The position numbers and the translations under genes were made by a program. DNA of 64,000 nucleotides, from positions 489,344-553,343 of the forward strand of contig CBFFRP010000066.1 in assembly GCA_965644295.1 (NCBI GenBank), written 5' to 3'. Below are positions 23,602-36,706 of this stretch, piece by piece; positions within the stretch are counted from its first letter, which is position 1, and the number at the start of each line of letters is the position of its first letter. The DNA comes from Paraphysomonas bandaiensis. Lineage: Eukaryota > Protista > Chrysophyceae. Under the pieces are notes generated by a model, which searched no databases, was not told the origin of the DNA, and was given only the letters and a program-made list of their open reading frames with translations.

Positions 23602-23963
23602 ATATAGAGTATAAACTTGATGGAGTTTTTCCATAAAATAGAGAAGATACTACTATATCAAAAGGGTCAAAGGTGTCGTACACTATGCATTACTTTTTAC
23701 CGATACAATAGTTCACTTTTTCAATTAAACCCAAATAATTATGTACATAAAATAAGAATCTATTAAAAAGACAACGCACATCAGGTGTGTGCAATACTAC
23801 GATTACGCAAACATATACTCCAAAATTCATATCAACAGAAACACATAAACGTCGCCTCAGATTACATATACACTGTTATTGCTTATACATTGCCTATATA
23901 TTCTGCAGTCAGCTTTTTACTTCCACAATAGAGCAGTCACTTTTCAAAGCTAAAAGGGCCAAC

Positions 23964-26900
23964 TTAAACGCGAGTTCGTCCATATTTTCGTTTGAGGCGA
24001 CTGGGACGATAGAGTGGGCGGGCATATTCTGATGTCAATCCAGGGGAGGAGGAGAGTTCGCTACTACTAGTATTATTTCGAAGAAAATGTGACCAGACCG
24101 AGACAGTGGATTTTCTATTCATGCTCGGCAACACAGAGGTGTCTGGTTCTGATACACCATTTTCTCCTTTTATAGGACCCCTACCTTCACTCTGGTTTTC
24201 ATCCATATCGCATGCAAACAAGGATAAGCAACGTTTATCTATATCTTCCAACGCAATTGGAATTACAACATCGTTTCTTTGGCTAATTATGTCCGTGGTA
24301 GACTTGGCGCCGCACATATCGCTTTCAAGACAATCCCCACTGTGGAAGGCAAATTTTGTTACACTGCCACTTCCTAAGGGTGGGTTATTCGGTGAAATAG
24401 CCGAGTAGGATGGCTTCCCTTTTATGCAGGTCTCGTGTTTTTCACCATTATCCAAGGAGTCGCACAGAGGGAAGCAATCGCTACCGTCAGTATTCAGCAT
24501 GTGGACTGGAGTGGTGTAGACAACAGCTGTCAGCTCTGAATCCTTATCAACAGGACCAACGAGACGATTATTAGATCCTGAGATCATATTGTTATCGCAC
24601 CTATTGCTATTTCGGTCCCCAGTAGACTGCTGTGAGGAAGTACAACCAGCCACCTGCTCCGCATCAGTCCGCTCTGCAATGTTTGTATTTTCAGTTTCAT
24701 TATTTACTCCATTCTCAGCATCAGTATTTCTACATAAGGGCTTAGTATAATCAGGGCGAGGGTTATTCACGAATCGGCCACAGTACACCACACGCCCCCT
24801 CCTGATATTATGCTGTCCCGGGAAGCCCTCATCTGGATGACGAAACTTTCCTAGCTTACCACAAGTGGAACACTCTGCGACCCACACTACATCAATACAA
24901 TAAGATTCAAGCACAAAAGAAACAGTACATAGTCATACCGTATCTCCGGTCGAAGTATTTACTATAATCTACTTTAGTACAGTTGGACGGGGGGAGGGGG
25001 TGTGCTTCAGCGAATGCACGGAGAGAGCTTAGAACACTCCGCTTCTTCCGAGCCCTGGGTAGAGCGTGCACAGAAACTAAATCCTTATTAACAGGATCAG
25101 CGAGACGATTACTAGATCCTGAGGTTGTATTGTTATCACGCCCACTGCTCTTTTGGCCGCCAGTAGACTGCTGGTCCCCAATGGACTGCGGGTCGTCAGT
25201 GGACTGCTGGTCCCCAATGGACTGCGGGTCCCCAATGGACTGCGGGTCGCCAGTGGACTGCCGATCCACGTGGTCCCCAATGGACTGTGGGCCGCCAGTG
25301 GACTGTGGGCCGCCAGTGGACTGTGGGCCGCCAGTGGACTGCGGGTCACCAGTGGACTGCCGATCCACGTGGTCCCCAATGGACTGTGGGCCGCCAGTGG
25401 ACTGCTGGTCGCCAGTGGACTGCGGGTCGCCAGTGGACTGCTGGTCGCCAATGGAATGCGAGTCGCCAGTGGACTGCGGGCCGCCAGTGGACTGCTGGTC
25501 GCCAGTGGACTGCGGGTCGCCAGTGGACTGCTGGTCCCCAATGGACTGCAGGTCGCCAATGGAATGCGAGTCGCCAGTGGACTGCGGGCCGCCAGTGGAC
25601 TGCTGGTACCCAGTAGACTGCTGTGAGGAAGTACAACCAGCCACCTGCTCCGCATCAGTCCGCTCTGCAATGTTTGTATTTTCAGTTTCATTATTTACTC
25701 CATTCTCAGCATCAGTATTTCTACATAAGGGCTTAGTATAATCAGGGCGAGGGTTATTCACGAATCGGCCACAGTACACCACACGCCCCCTCCTGATATT
25801 ATGCTGTCCCGGGAAGCCCTCATCTGGATGACGAAACTTTCCTAGCTTACCACAAGTGGAACACTCTGCGACCCACACTACATCAATACAATAAGATTCA
25901 AGCACAAAAGAAACAGTACATAGTCATACCGTATCTCCGGTCGAAGTATTTACTATAATCTACTTTAGTACAGTTGGACGGCGGGAGGGGGTGTGCTTCA
26001 GCGAACGTACGAAGAGAGCTTAGAACACACCGCTTCTTCCGAGCCCTGGATAGACCGTGCACAGAAACTAAATCCTTATCAACATGATCAGCGAGACGGT
26101 TATTAGATCTTGAGGTTGTATTGTTATCACGCCCACTGCTCTTTTGGCTCCCAGTAGACTGCTGGTCCCCAAAGGACTGCTGTGAGGAAGTAGAAGCAGC
26201 CACCTGCTCCGTATCAATCCATTTTATAATATCTGCATCTTCAGTTCTATGAGACAGAGTACCCCCAGCATTAGCATTTCTACATAAGGGCTTAGTATAA
26301 TCAGGGCGAGGGTTATTCACGAATCGGCCACAGTACACCACACGTCCCTTCAAAATGTTATGCTGTCCCGGGACACCCTCATCTAGATGACGAAACTTCC
26401 CCAGCTTACCACAAGTGGAACACTCTGCGACCCACTCTAAACCAACACAATTAGAAAGACATGTAACACTCTATACAGACTTAGAGAGACATCCTAGAGA
26501 ACAACATACACAGGTAGAGATATAGCCATATACAGGTAGATATAGAAGCATATACATGTAGAGATATAACAATATACAGGTAGAGATATAGCCATATACA
26601 GGGATAGATATAGCCATATACAGGGATAGATATAACCATATACAGGTAGAGATATAGCCATATACAGGGAGACATATAGAGATATACAGGGATAGATATA
26701 ACCATATACAGGGATAGATATAACCATATACAGGTAGAGATATGGAGATACACAGGTAGAGATATAGCCACATACAGGGAGAGATATAGAGATATACAGT
26801 GATAGATATAACCATATACAGGGATAGATATAACCATATACAGGTAGAGATATAGCCATATACAGGGAGAGATATAGAGATATACAGGGAGAGATATAGC

Positions 26901-28888
26901 CATATACAGGGATAGATATAGCCATATACAGGGAGAGATACAGAGATATACAGGTAGAGATATAGAGATATACAGGTAGAGATATAGAGATATACAGGTA
27001 GAGATATAGAGATATACATGCAGAGATATAGAGATATACAGGTAGAGATATAGAGATATACAGGTAGAGATATAGAGATATACAGGTAGAGATATAGAGA
27101 TATACAGGTAGAGATATAGAGATATACAGGGAGAGATATAGAGATATACAGGTAGAGACATAGCCATATACAGGTAGAGATATAGCCATATACAGGGAGA
27201 GATATAGAGGTAGAGATGTAGAGGTAGAGATATACAGGTAGAGATATAGAGATATACAGGGAGAGATATAGAGATATACAGGTAGAGACATAGCCATATA
27301 CAGGTAGAGATATAGCCATATACAGGGAGAGATATAGAGGTAGAGATGTAGAGGTAGAGATATAGAGGTAGAGATATAGAGGTAGAGATATAGAGGTAGA
27401 GATATAGAGGTAGAGATATAGAGATATACATATAGAGATATAGAGGTAGAGATATAGAGATATACAGGGATAGATATAGAGGTAGAGATATAGAGGTAGA
27501 GATATAGAGATATACAGGGATAGATATAGAGGTAGAGATATACAGGTAGAGATATAGAGATATACAGGGATAGATATAGAGGTAGAGATATAGAGATATA
27601 CATATAGAGATATAGAGGTAGAGATAGACAGGGATAGATATAGAGGTAGAGATATAGTGATATACAGGGAGAGATATAGAGATATACAGGGATAGATATA
27701 GAGGTAGAGATATAGAGATATACAGGGAGAGATATAGCCATATACAGGTAGAGATATAGAGGTAGAGATATAGAGATATACATATAGAGATATAGAGGTA
27801 GAGATATACAGGGATAGATATAGAGGTAGAGATATAGAGGTAGAGATATAGAGATATACAGGGAGAGATATAGAGATATACAGGGAGAGATATAGAGATA
27901 TACAGGGATAGATATAGAGGTAGAGATATATAATGATATACAGGGAGAGATATAGAGTTATACAGGGATAGATATAGAGGTAGAGATATAGAGATATACA
28001 TATAGAGATATAGAGGTAGAGATATACAGGGATAGATATAGAGGTAGAGATATAGTGATATACAGGGATAGATATAGAGGTAGAGATATAGAGATATACA
28101 GGGAGAGATATAGAGATATACAGGGATAGATATAGAGGTAGAGATATAGAGATATACAGGGAGAGATATAGCCATATACAGGTAGAGATATAGAGGTAGA
28201 GATATAGAGATATACATATAGAGATATAGAGGTAGAGATATACAGGGATAGATATAGAGGTAGAGATATAGAGGTAGAGATATAGAGATATACAGGGAGA
28301 GATATAGAGATATACAGGGATAGATATAGAGGTAGAGATATATAATGATATACAGGGAGAGATATAGAGTTATACAGGGATAGATATAGAGGTAGAGATA
28401 TAGAGATATACATATAGAGATATAGAGGTAGAGATATACAGGGATAGATATAGAGGTAGAGATATAGTGATATACAGGGATAGATATACAGGTAGAGATA
28501 TAGAGATATACAGGGATAGATATAGAGGTAGAGATATAGAGATATACAGGGAGAGATATAGCCATATAGAGGTAGAGATATAGAGGTAGAGATATAGAGA
28601 TATACATATAGAGATATAGAGGTAGAGATATACAGGGATAGATATAGAGGTAGAGATATAGAGATATACAGGGAGAGATATACAGGGATAGATATAGAGG
28701 TAGAGATATAGAGATATACAGGGAGAGATATACAGGTAGAGATATACAGGGAGAGATATACAGGTAGAGATATAGAGATATAGCCATGTAGGGAGGATAT
28801 GCGTACCGTATTTCCGGTCAATCTCATTCTGATCTGTTGATTTGGAGCTCCTGCGCCTCTTTGGCTTACGTGGTTGTTGTGTAGGCAT
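23964..28888 (-). CDS. Unknown protein (~816 aa, 4 exons) with three copies of a CxxC...H...C motif and a QSTG repeat
   Basis: Exons 28888-28807, 26436-25930, 25877-24939, 24886-23964. All introns are GT-AG phase 1. Total 2451 nt, in frame. Each junction rebuilds Y-(E/V)-WVAECSTCGKLGKFRH. Confidence 0.8.
25160..25622 (-). repeat. Coding 18-bp tandem repeat (QSTGDP/QSIGDQ-like hexapeptides)
   Basis: Repeated CCAGTGGACTG(C/T)GG.. units inside exon 3; they explain the spurious ORFs in other frames. Confidence 0.9.
26505..28787. repeat. Degenerate purine-rich satellite made of 6-bp blocks (GATATA/GAGGTA/CAGGTA/CAGGGA/GCCATA), inside intron 26437-28806
   Basis: Directly visible low-complexity array with 12- and 18-bp periodicity. 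Confidence 0.95.
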
Positions 28889-30631
28889 TGTTGACCTGCT
28901 TGGATAGCGCTCAGAGTATCATCGTAATATACTTATCAACTATATCAACTATGAGGTCTGTCACATATACACCCACATACATACATAGATATACACATAC
29001 ATATACACATACATATACACATACATATAGACATCACATCGCTCATATGATTTGAATTTTGAATGCGCAGAATCTATACAGATGGACGTAGAATTCCTAT
29101 ACAGAGAGTGTATACCTCTCGAAGTAGAAGTCGAAGTGTATGAAGTGAGAAGTGAAAGTATGCTGGTATGACTACCGTATACGGATGGAGGTATACAGGT
29201 ATACCGCTATACGGTATAGTGGTATGTGGACAGGTGTACTATGCATGGGTATTGGTTGTAGTCTGGCTGTATATGGTACGTATGGTACGTATGGTATGGT
29301 AGCTGGATATGTACACACAGCTGTCCACATGCATTCATCCATCTGATACCGCTGCTGTTTATAGTTATCACAGTCACACCCATCGAGTGGAGTGTCAGTA
29401 TACTGTACTCTATCATTTGAACCACAGTGTATAACTACTGATGCTTCTGCCCCATTCCGAGGGCGTCCCTAGTAAAGTGAATCGGGGGGTCTTCAGGTTA
29501 CTCCCTTGTGTGGCAGGGTTGTATGTATTTCCGACAATGCGGGTCAGGAGTGCACTTCACATTATTTGAAATGTGATCAGTGTGGGTTCGTGGTGAAAAG
29601 CCTGCAAGGATTGAGGACCCACCAGACAAGGAAGCATTAGATCTGCCATGCAACCTTTGAAATAATGGGTGAAATTAAACACACCATCAGACACTGTGTA
29701 TGTATCGCAGTACACTTTCCTACAACACGACATTACCAGCATATGACTACATGACTTCTGCTTTTTATGCTTCCTTGTCTGCTTGCACCTGGACCGTTCG
29801 GTGCTTTGGCTTGTATCTGTATATAATACTATCACCTTCTCGTCTGCATTGTCTTCTCATGCTGTATATCGGCCTTTTTCACTGTACCATCGGATATACA
29901 TGATAAATTTCTAAAGGTAATTACAATTATGACGTAAGTATTAGCGAAAGAGTCTGTAAGTATTGGCGATAAAGTTACAACTTTGTTGATTGCAACTGAG
30001 TTATGAAAATAATGAGGATTGTCCCCACTCTTTCTCTCACCTTTTCTCCAGCCTACAAGACTTTATCTTATCTACTACCTACACACTTTGTCGTGGCTTT
30101 CTACTGAGATAAGCTCAAACTAACTTTTAGGCGATAATGAATGATAATCCAGTTCATATTTCATCCTTTTCTAGCATAATTCGTGTCATCTCATTAATTC
30201 ATGTAACACTGCTTTCCACACTACTGCATTCTTCTGTAACGATCATTACTAAAAAACATTAAGACAGTACTTCTAATTGCATACTGCATACCAATAAGCA
30301 AAACTCAACAGTCTCAAATTTCAACACCTGATCTGGTCTAAACAACTTTTTTCTCGAGTGATTCTTTGGTTGATGCTAGATTGCTTTTTGTGGTGATCTA
30401 TCGCACTCGATCCGATATGAGCGCATAACCAATACTACATAGAATCTGATTTACAATAGTAGCACATATACTTTAGTTTACATTGCAACAAAAAGTTACC
30501 ACTTCATGACAAAATAATTTGTTTGGACATTGTTTATATGCGCAAAGATAACACATTTTCCCATATTGGTTTGTTCACGACTTCAAATGTTCTCATATAG
30601 GGTTCATTGAAAACTTCAGCAAAAAGAGATC

Positions 30632-32068
30632 CTATATATTTCTCAGTACAAGGAAGGGCTCGTTAAAAAAATCTGCGCCTGGGTGACCGTCTAAGTAAAT
30701 ATTTCCAAGTACATCCACTACTTCCCACCCATTCAGTAGGTAGGGTAATCTGTGGCGGCCGTAAATTCTGTGCGCGTTGAATGCCAGCAGGTCAGGACCA
30801 GTGGGCACAGCCAAAAAGAGTATTCCTCCTGGTTTAATCAAGCACTTGGCATGCTTCATAGCTCTCAGATCTCCCCATGGATCCAGTGGATCTCCATACC
30901 TACCAAGACCACTGTGCTCAAAGGTGGAGTAGGATACACCAAAGTCAACGGGGTCCGTAGCCTTATCTAAGTAGGCCTGGGCGAGTTCTACAGGCGTCTT
31001 CGTTTGAAGCCTTGGGTTATCAGTGACAATGGGTGTATACTCTATAGTGGTCACACTCGCAGCTCCAAGCTCCAGTAGTGTGCCTTCAACCCAAGGAGTA
31101 ACTGACCCGAAAACGACGCCAGTTGCTCCAGAAAAATCATACTGTCCACTCCGGAATAATCGGTCACATGTGCCCCGTTTATAGTTCGGGGGGACGTGCT
31201 CGTACCGTACTTCTATATGGTCATCACCCCAAACACCCTGTTTTATCGCTGCTAATCCATCTACGTCCTCATTCCACAGTAACACTGAACCCCCACCGTA
31301 TGGGCGGTAGTGATGAAAGCACATATTCGTAAATGCCATTGAAGATACCTTTTCCATAGGCCAGTTATGCCTTGAGCTGATAGAGTTGCATTCGTGCTCA
31401 ACGAAAAACAGATGCAAAGGAACCTTACCATACAGCGTGTATTCCGCTAACTGCGCATCCGATACGTCTTCCAGACCTCTGCATGATGTGACGCCTTCAT
31501 TGGAAAGAGTTTTGTGAACCACGTCATGGAAGACCGCCTCACACTCAGACGAGCCGAAATAATAGCCCGTCATATCCTCCAACTCCGGCGCTTGGCGCAG
31601 TACATGTTGGATTTTCTCAAAGCCTGTCGATGAATCGACGGCGTCACCTGATTCCCAATGCTTTTCATAACCACATATATAAGGATAATCGGAGTTACAT
31701 GCTGTGTATGAATCAGAGGAGTCACCCTCATGTCGACTGAACACTTGAACCCTGTGGTAGTCCCCATGATCGCTGCAGTTAGCTCGTCTCTCTCGCCTCA
31801 TCACACTCTGCAGACAGTCACTGCATCCATAGCACTCTCCGTTATGATGCAATCCGATGACATCGTGATTGTGATGCACTCCCCACTGCATGCATATCCT
31901 GAGTGTGTCCCTCACTATGACTGACGATCCGATTTTGTTTCGGGCATATGTGAAGGTGGATCCGTCCAGAGCATCATCGACACACCCCTCCCACACCCAC
32001 ACCACTGCACAGCATGAGCACAGACACAGATAGAGGGACAGTGTACGGGGAGATACTGTTGGGACCAT
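30632..32068 (-). CDS. DUF268-family SAM-methyltransferase-like protein with N-terminal signal/anchor
   Basis: VFGSVTPWVE...GAASVTTIEY...STFEHSGLGRYGDPLDPWGDL...KPGGILFLAVPTG.D...FNAHRIYG. Confidence 0.85.
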   Translation of the reverse strand: MVPTVSPRTLSLYLCLCSCCAVVWVWEGCVDDALDGSTFTYARNKIGSSVIVRDTLRICMQWGVHHNHDVIGLHHNGECYGCSDCLQSVMRRERRANCSDHGDYHRVQVFSRHEGDSSDSYTACNSDYPYICGYEKHWESGDAVDSSTGFEKIQHVLRQAPELEDMTGYYFGSSECEAVFHDVVHKTLSNEGVTSCRGLEDVSDAQLAEYTLYGKVPLHLFFVEHECNSISSRHNWPMEKVSSMAFTNMCFHHYRPYGGGSVLLWNEDVDGLAAIKQGVWGDDHIEVRYEHVPPNYKRGTCDRLFRSGQYDFSGATGVVFGSVTPWVEGTLLELGAASVTTIEYTPIVTDNPRLQTKTPVELAQAYLDKATDPVDFGVSYSTFEHSGLGRYGDPLDPWGDLRAMKHAKCLIKPGGILFLAVPTGPDLLAFNAHRIYGRHRLPYLLNGWEVVDVLGNIYLDGHPGADFFNEPFLVLRNI

Positions 32069-32406
32069 ATCGTCTCGTCACATCATACGTGCATTCCTGA
32101 GTTGCTTGATGGGTCAGCTTAACAGACCAGCCCATCCTGCTGTGTATGGAGCACTCGTACTGCAGTATGTATCATAAACAGTGCAACAGTACAGTGGTAT
32201 GTCCATATACAGAGAGTACTGTAGAAGGTGAACGTACTGTAGTACACCATGCTCTGTATGTTCAGGTACAGCAGTGTAGTACAGCAGTATATATATGTAT
32301 GTATGTATGTAGGTAGGTAGGTAGGTAGGTATGATGTCGTATGTGTATGTATGTATGTGTTGGTATTGTATGGTGAGATGGTCATTATGTTCTTGTAAAG
32401 AGGACG

Positions 32407-35400
32407 ATGTTTGATCCTGATGAATTAGGTAAAGGCCGAGTGGTATGGGCCCGTGTGGTGGGGTTCCCCTGGTGGCCCGCCCGTCTTAGTTCTCCCCCTG
32501 AAACAGAGGGTATGGAGCGCACTCGTCCGTCCTCATCTCGTCCTCTCATTCCCGTCACATTTCTCGGATCATCTCTACAGAGGTAAGGATATATATGTGG
32601 TTATAGTGGGGGGGTGATGTCCGTACAGGGGATGGGTCAGTGAGACATGCATAAAGCTGTTCGATGCGGAGTCTGTTAGGTCGAAACTGAGAGTGAAGAC
32701 TCTCAAGACGGACAGAGCGTACTGCGAGGCGGTCATAGAGGGCATACGCATTGAGAGTGCAGGTGGAGGCATCTCTTATTCGTGTGGTTGTGTTTATAAT
32801 GCGTGTCTTCTCAGCTGGAAGTTTCTTTCCTAAAGATATTATTGATAGTGTGGAGGCTGTGCAGGTGCCACTCTCACCTTACACTGATAGCACGCCGTGA
32901 TAAAATTGTTAATTAGGATGTGAATTGGGACCGGGAAGATGATGTGTGTCGTATTTGCAAAGGTACCGAATGGAGCGGAGATTCGCTATTATGCGATCGT
33001 TGCGCACAAGGAGAAATCCATCTGCACTGCCTCGCTACTCCCATTTTGACGCCCCCCGAAGGAGATTGGTATTGCCCCACATGTTGTAAGGTCTACTTTT
33101 CATTTTGCTGCCTACTTTTCTTTATTAGTATATTTTATAGGAGCTTGGACTTCCGGAGGATTATATGCCTGCCGTAAAATCGGTCACTCCTGCCCCGTCT
33201 GCCTCATCTGCAACTGTGAAATATTCTAAGAAGCGGCCGGCTACGAATGGGAACAACTGTAGCGAGGAGCCTACCAGTAAGCGTTCAAACCTTTTAACTG
33301 AAGTGGAAACTACGGTTACTCAAGAGCCCCGGCGTGAACGGAATCAGAGTGACTCCACCCCTATACCAGAACCAGAAAAAGCAATTGAGTACTGCTTTGT
33401 ATGTCGTACTGGGGCAGGGGTGTCATCCATGGGAAGATTGATGTCGTGCAATTTCCCTAGCTGTCATCGCACATATCATCCGGTACGTTTGCTGAGTTTA
33501 TATGTTTCTCGTCTATGTATCTTATGTGTGATGTGATGGCAGGTGTGTGTGGCTGCTAGACTTCCGGGCCCAATCTTGGACAGTAGTGCTGATATTTCCG
33601 AGCCATGGTTCTGTCCTGCTCACTTCTGTTCCGCCTGTGACTCCTTAGAAACTTATCGTACGACACCAGAGGTGTTTCCAACACAGGTACTTGCCACTGG
33701 AGCACACCTATCTGGGGGCACGGAGCTACACCACTGCAGTACATGCCCGTTCTCCCTGTGCTTGTCCTGTGTATGTGGGGTGAATTCACAGCGGTATCGG
33801 GCAGGCAGTGGGAGCGGTGGCATCGGAGCTCTCTTTAGAAGCGTAACAGCACACACTCTTCTGACGAATGAAGTGCATCTTCCACTGCTCGCCATCGCAA
33901 CAGCATCTAGTACGAAGAACCCGAGAAACTCAAAGGTTGACTTCTCTTTCGTTTCATGTCATGTATAATATCAAGCAATATATAGAATTCAAGATCAGAA
34001 ATTAAGGACGGAAAAATCAAGTGTTGTTTAAATTGCGCTTTACCCAATCCTCGTTTGGCGCTAGCTCGTTTTCTAGAAGAGATATGGGTGGAGATAGCAT
34101 GTAATCGTCTCGCTGATCCGTTTCTGCGACCTTTGTTACCTGGGGTACTTGACTGTACAAAAGACTTTACTTCTGTGCACCCCGTGCCCTCTCCTTCTGA
34201 CTCGACCAGTAACAGTAGCGTGAGTAGCATCTCTACACCCGTTTCGTTGCAGAACCAGGATATGCTAGGACTTTTAGAAAAGATTAGGTCTCTTGAGTAT
34301 GATTCTCACGAAGCATTTGCTGCGGATATCTCATCACTGCGGCAGTATTTGGAGAGGAGTTTACGCGGTGCTCTTGCTATGCAATATGGCTCTGATATTA
34401 ATAGTGAAGTAGAAGAGTCCATCGTGTGCATTCTGCAAAGCTTTGATTCCATTACCCACGATGCTTTGCATCTCTCATATAATCGACGGGTAAGACTCAC
34501 TGGTGTTGAAAATCTGAAGAAGCAGTATAAAGCGAGGGCAAGTGTGTCTGCTGAGGAGCACCTGGTATCGCTCTGGAGGCGAGAGTGTGAGTATAGAATG
34601 GCAGGAGATGAAGGCGACGGGGCACGAAGTGTTTCTCGTTCCATGTCGGAATGGTGTAGATTTATTGATTCTGCAGGACTCTGCGCCGAACCTGAAGAGC
34701 AGAATACAAGCAATGACGCCAGTGATGTGAGTTTATTAGACAATTTTTGTGTGATATATTAATCTATTCTCAGCTTCAGACCACTTTTTTTGACGAGAGT
34801 GGAAGTGAAGCTGTGGATCGATTATTAGAACTGGTGAGCCTGCGTTATATTCGATGAATGAAATCGTGCTCTGAGCTCTAACCCTAATCGATATACAGGC
34901 TGCCGCGGACGCATTGGCTCATATACATGACTCAACTACCGATTATGATATAAAGAGAGATGACGATAAAGCGGAGCCAATACATACGGCCCCTTGCGGT
35001 TCGTGTTTTGGGGATAATCATAGACATGGTGTTTATGGAGATGCTTTGAACGTCATTGAGAGGCTCCATGAAGTCACTACTACCGCTTTGCAACTACAGG
35101 TACCTTTCATATACAAGTCCTCTTGCTAAAATATGTATATATAGACTCAGCTGAAGCGGGATTTAGTTAGTCGTCAAACAGCGAATTTGCATCTCGATGG
35201 AGATAATTATGTGTCAGAGGTGTCTTTTGGTATGTTTCACACATGCATGTTTCAATACTTAAATACCCTATGTAGATGACATGCACGTACTGAGAGAGTT
35301 GAAGTTAGTGAATGACAACCTGAAGTGGAAATTGCGAAGACAATCGATGGCGTTACAAAAGGCGACAGAGATGATTCGGTCTTTAACAACGCAAAATGAT

Positions 35401-35451
35401 ATATTAACGAATAGAATATACCAGTTGAGCGATAGCAAAGGCACTGTATAA
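32407..35451 (+). CDS. Chromatin reader with PWWP domain, PHD fingers and a bromodomain-like region (multi-exon)
   Basis: ATG 32407, VWARVVGFPWWPAR. PHD CRICK...LLCDRC...HLHCL..P...PPEGDWYCPTC. Second PHD-like CFVC...CNFPSCHRTYHP/WFCPAHFCSAC. ADPFLRP...LLEKIRSLEYDSHEAFAADI. Stop 35449-35451. Confidence 0.85.
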
Positions 35452-35651
35452 GTGTATAATATTAGTATAACATTCTTGTAGTACGGTGCTATTTTTGAAG
35501 TCGTTTTTCAATTTATATCTTGTTATTAATTCAATCCCGATTCCGGTATAGTACACCACTTCAATGAAATCATCAAAATTTTACAATTTCGCTCATATCT
35601 CAATTCTTGATGTGCTAGAAAAAGTAGTCGGCTCATCATCTATTACAAAAT

Positions 35652-36706
35652 GGTAGTGAATGTCCTAATATTAGCAATAGGCGTGGAAGAGTTAGTGCTA
35701 AATGCTTAAATCGGATGTCCTACTATTAAATATTTATCGCTACGGAAGCTGCTTGTGTCACTGCAAGCACCAATATGCAGAATGTTGATATACCTAGCAT
35801 CTGTTGACTTCAGGATTTTTGAGTCCTTATAGTACACAGCCCGGATGCTGCGGCCGCATCGAAAACATAGACAGAAACGGAAACGCCTAAGGGTGCTAAG
35901 AGTACTAGGATTCCACAGACGAACCGAGACTAGAACACCGCCCACCGCACCTATGAACCTTACCAACCATACGCAAAGGACCATAGCACCGGACCGTATG
36001 ACACCAACAGGCCCTAGACAACGGCGACGACGTCTCCGGCAACTCCACCTATGCCCAACGCCCAGACGGTGCATGGCGACACCGCCATATTCCACCACAC
36101 CATCAACCTCTCAGTGCACACATCTAGTGCTCGGTACGCTCAGGACCTTAATACAGAACCCTGTACCTCAGAGCCAGGCGGAACCTTATCCCAAGGGGAG
36201 ACCCCCGGACAACACGCGCCAGTGAGTCCTCAGACACACGAGCAGGGCGAACTCACACACAACATCAAGAACGGAAGTGGTTGCACCTTGGTGCTTGCGG
36301 CGACGCGCAAGCAGCTTCTGTAGCGCTAAATAGTAGGATAATATAATTTGTGCTGATTAGTTATGGGTAGAGGTATAACTAGTAGATCTAGCATTCAACT
36401 AGCCACTGTATCGAAATGAGTTTTTAACGCCTATTGCTAAATAAAAAGACTTTCAATATACAGCCCGGATGCTTGACATGTGCAGGCAGCTCAATATCCC
36501 AGATGCCTGTTTATTTGTCCAGGCCCAAAGACGTCTACACAAGTGACACTAATTAGTGTCCCTAGTACGACATAAGCATTTGTCTGTGAGTGGGCAGAAC
36601 AATACTTGCTGACTATTTATGCGGCTCACGTTAGTTTTCCGGATAAATATATCCGGTACTTTCCCCCAGAACACCACTAAAAGGTGCGAGTCCGATTTGT
36701 TGAGGG
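35652..36706 (-). mobile_element. SINE-like retroposon copy split by a younger insertion
   Basis: 35652-35849 and 36474-36706 join into a copy colinear with 57766-58231. Confidence 0.8.
35850..36459 (+). mobile_element. 5'-truncated non-LTR retroelement 3' end with 14-bp TSD, nested in the opposite orientation
   Basis: ACAGCCCGGATGCT at 35836-35849 and 36460-36473. The last ~190 bp match 14966-15151. Confidence 0.85.

Noticed and set aside
24983-25741. Alternative-frame and antisense ORFs over the 18-bp repeat
   Set aside because: By-products of a stop-free coding repeat; only one frame joins the flanking exons.
26471-28827. Long minus-strand ORFs of 282-768 aa (YISLP/LYL repeats)
   Set aside because: Artefacts of a stop-poor satellite that lies inside a predicted intron.
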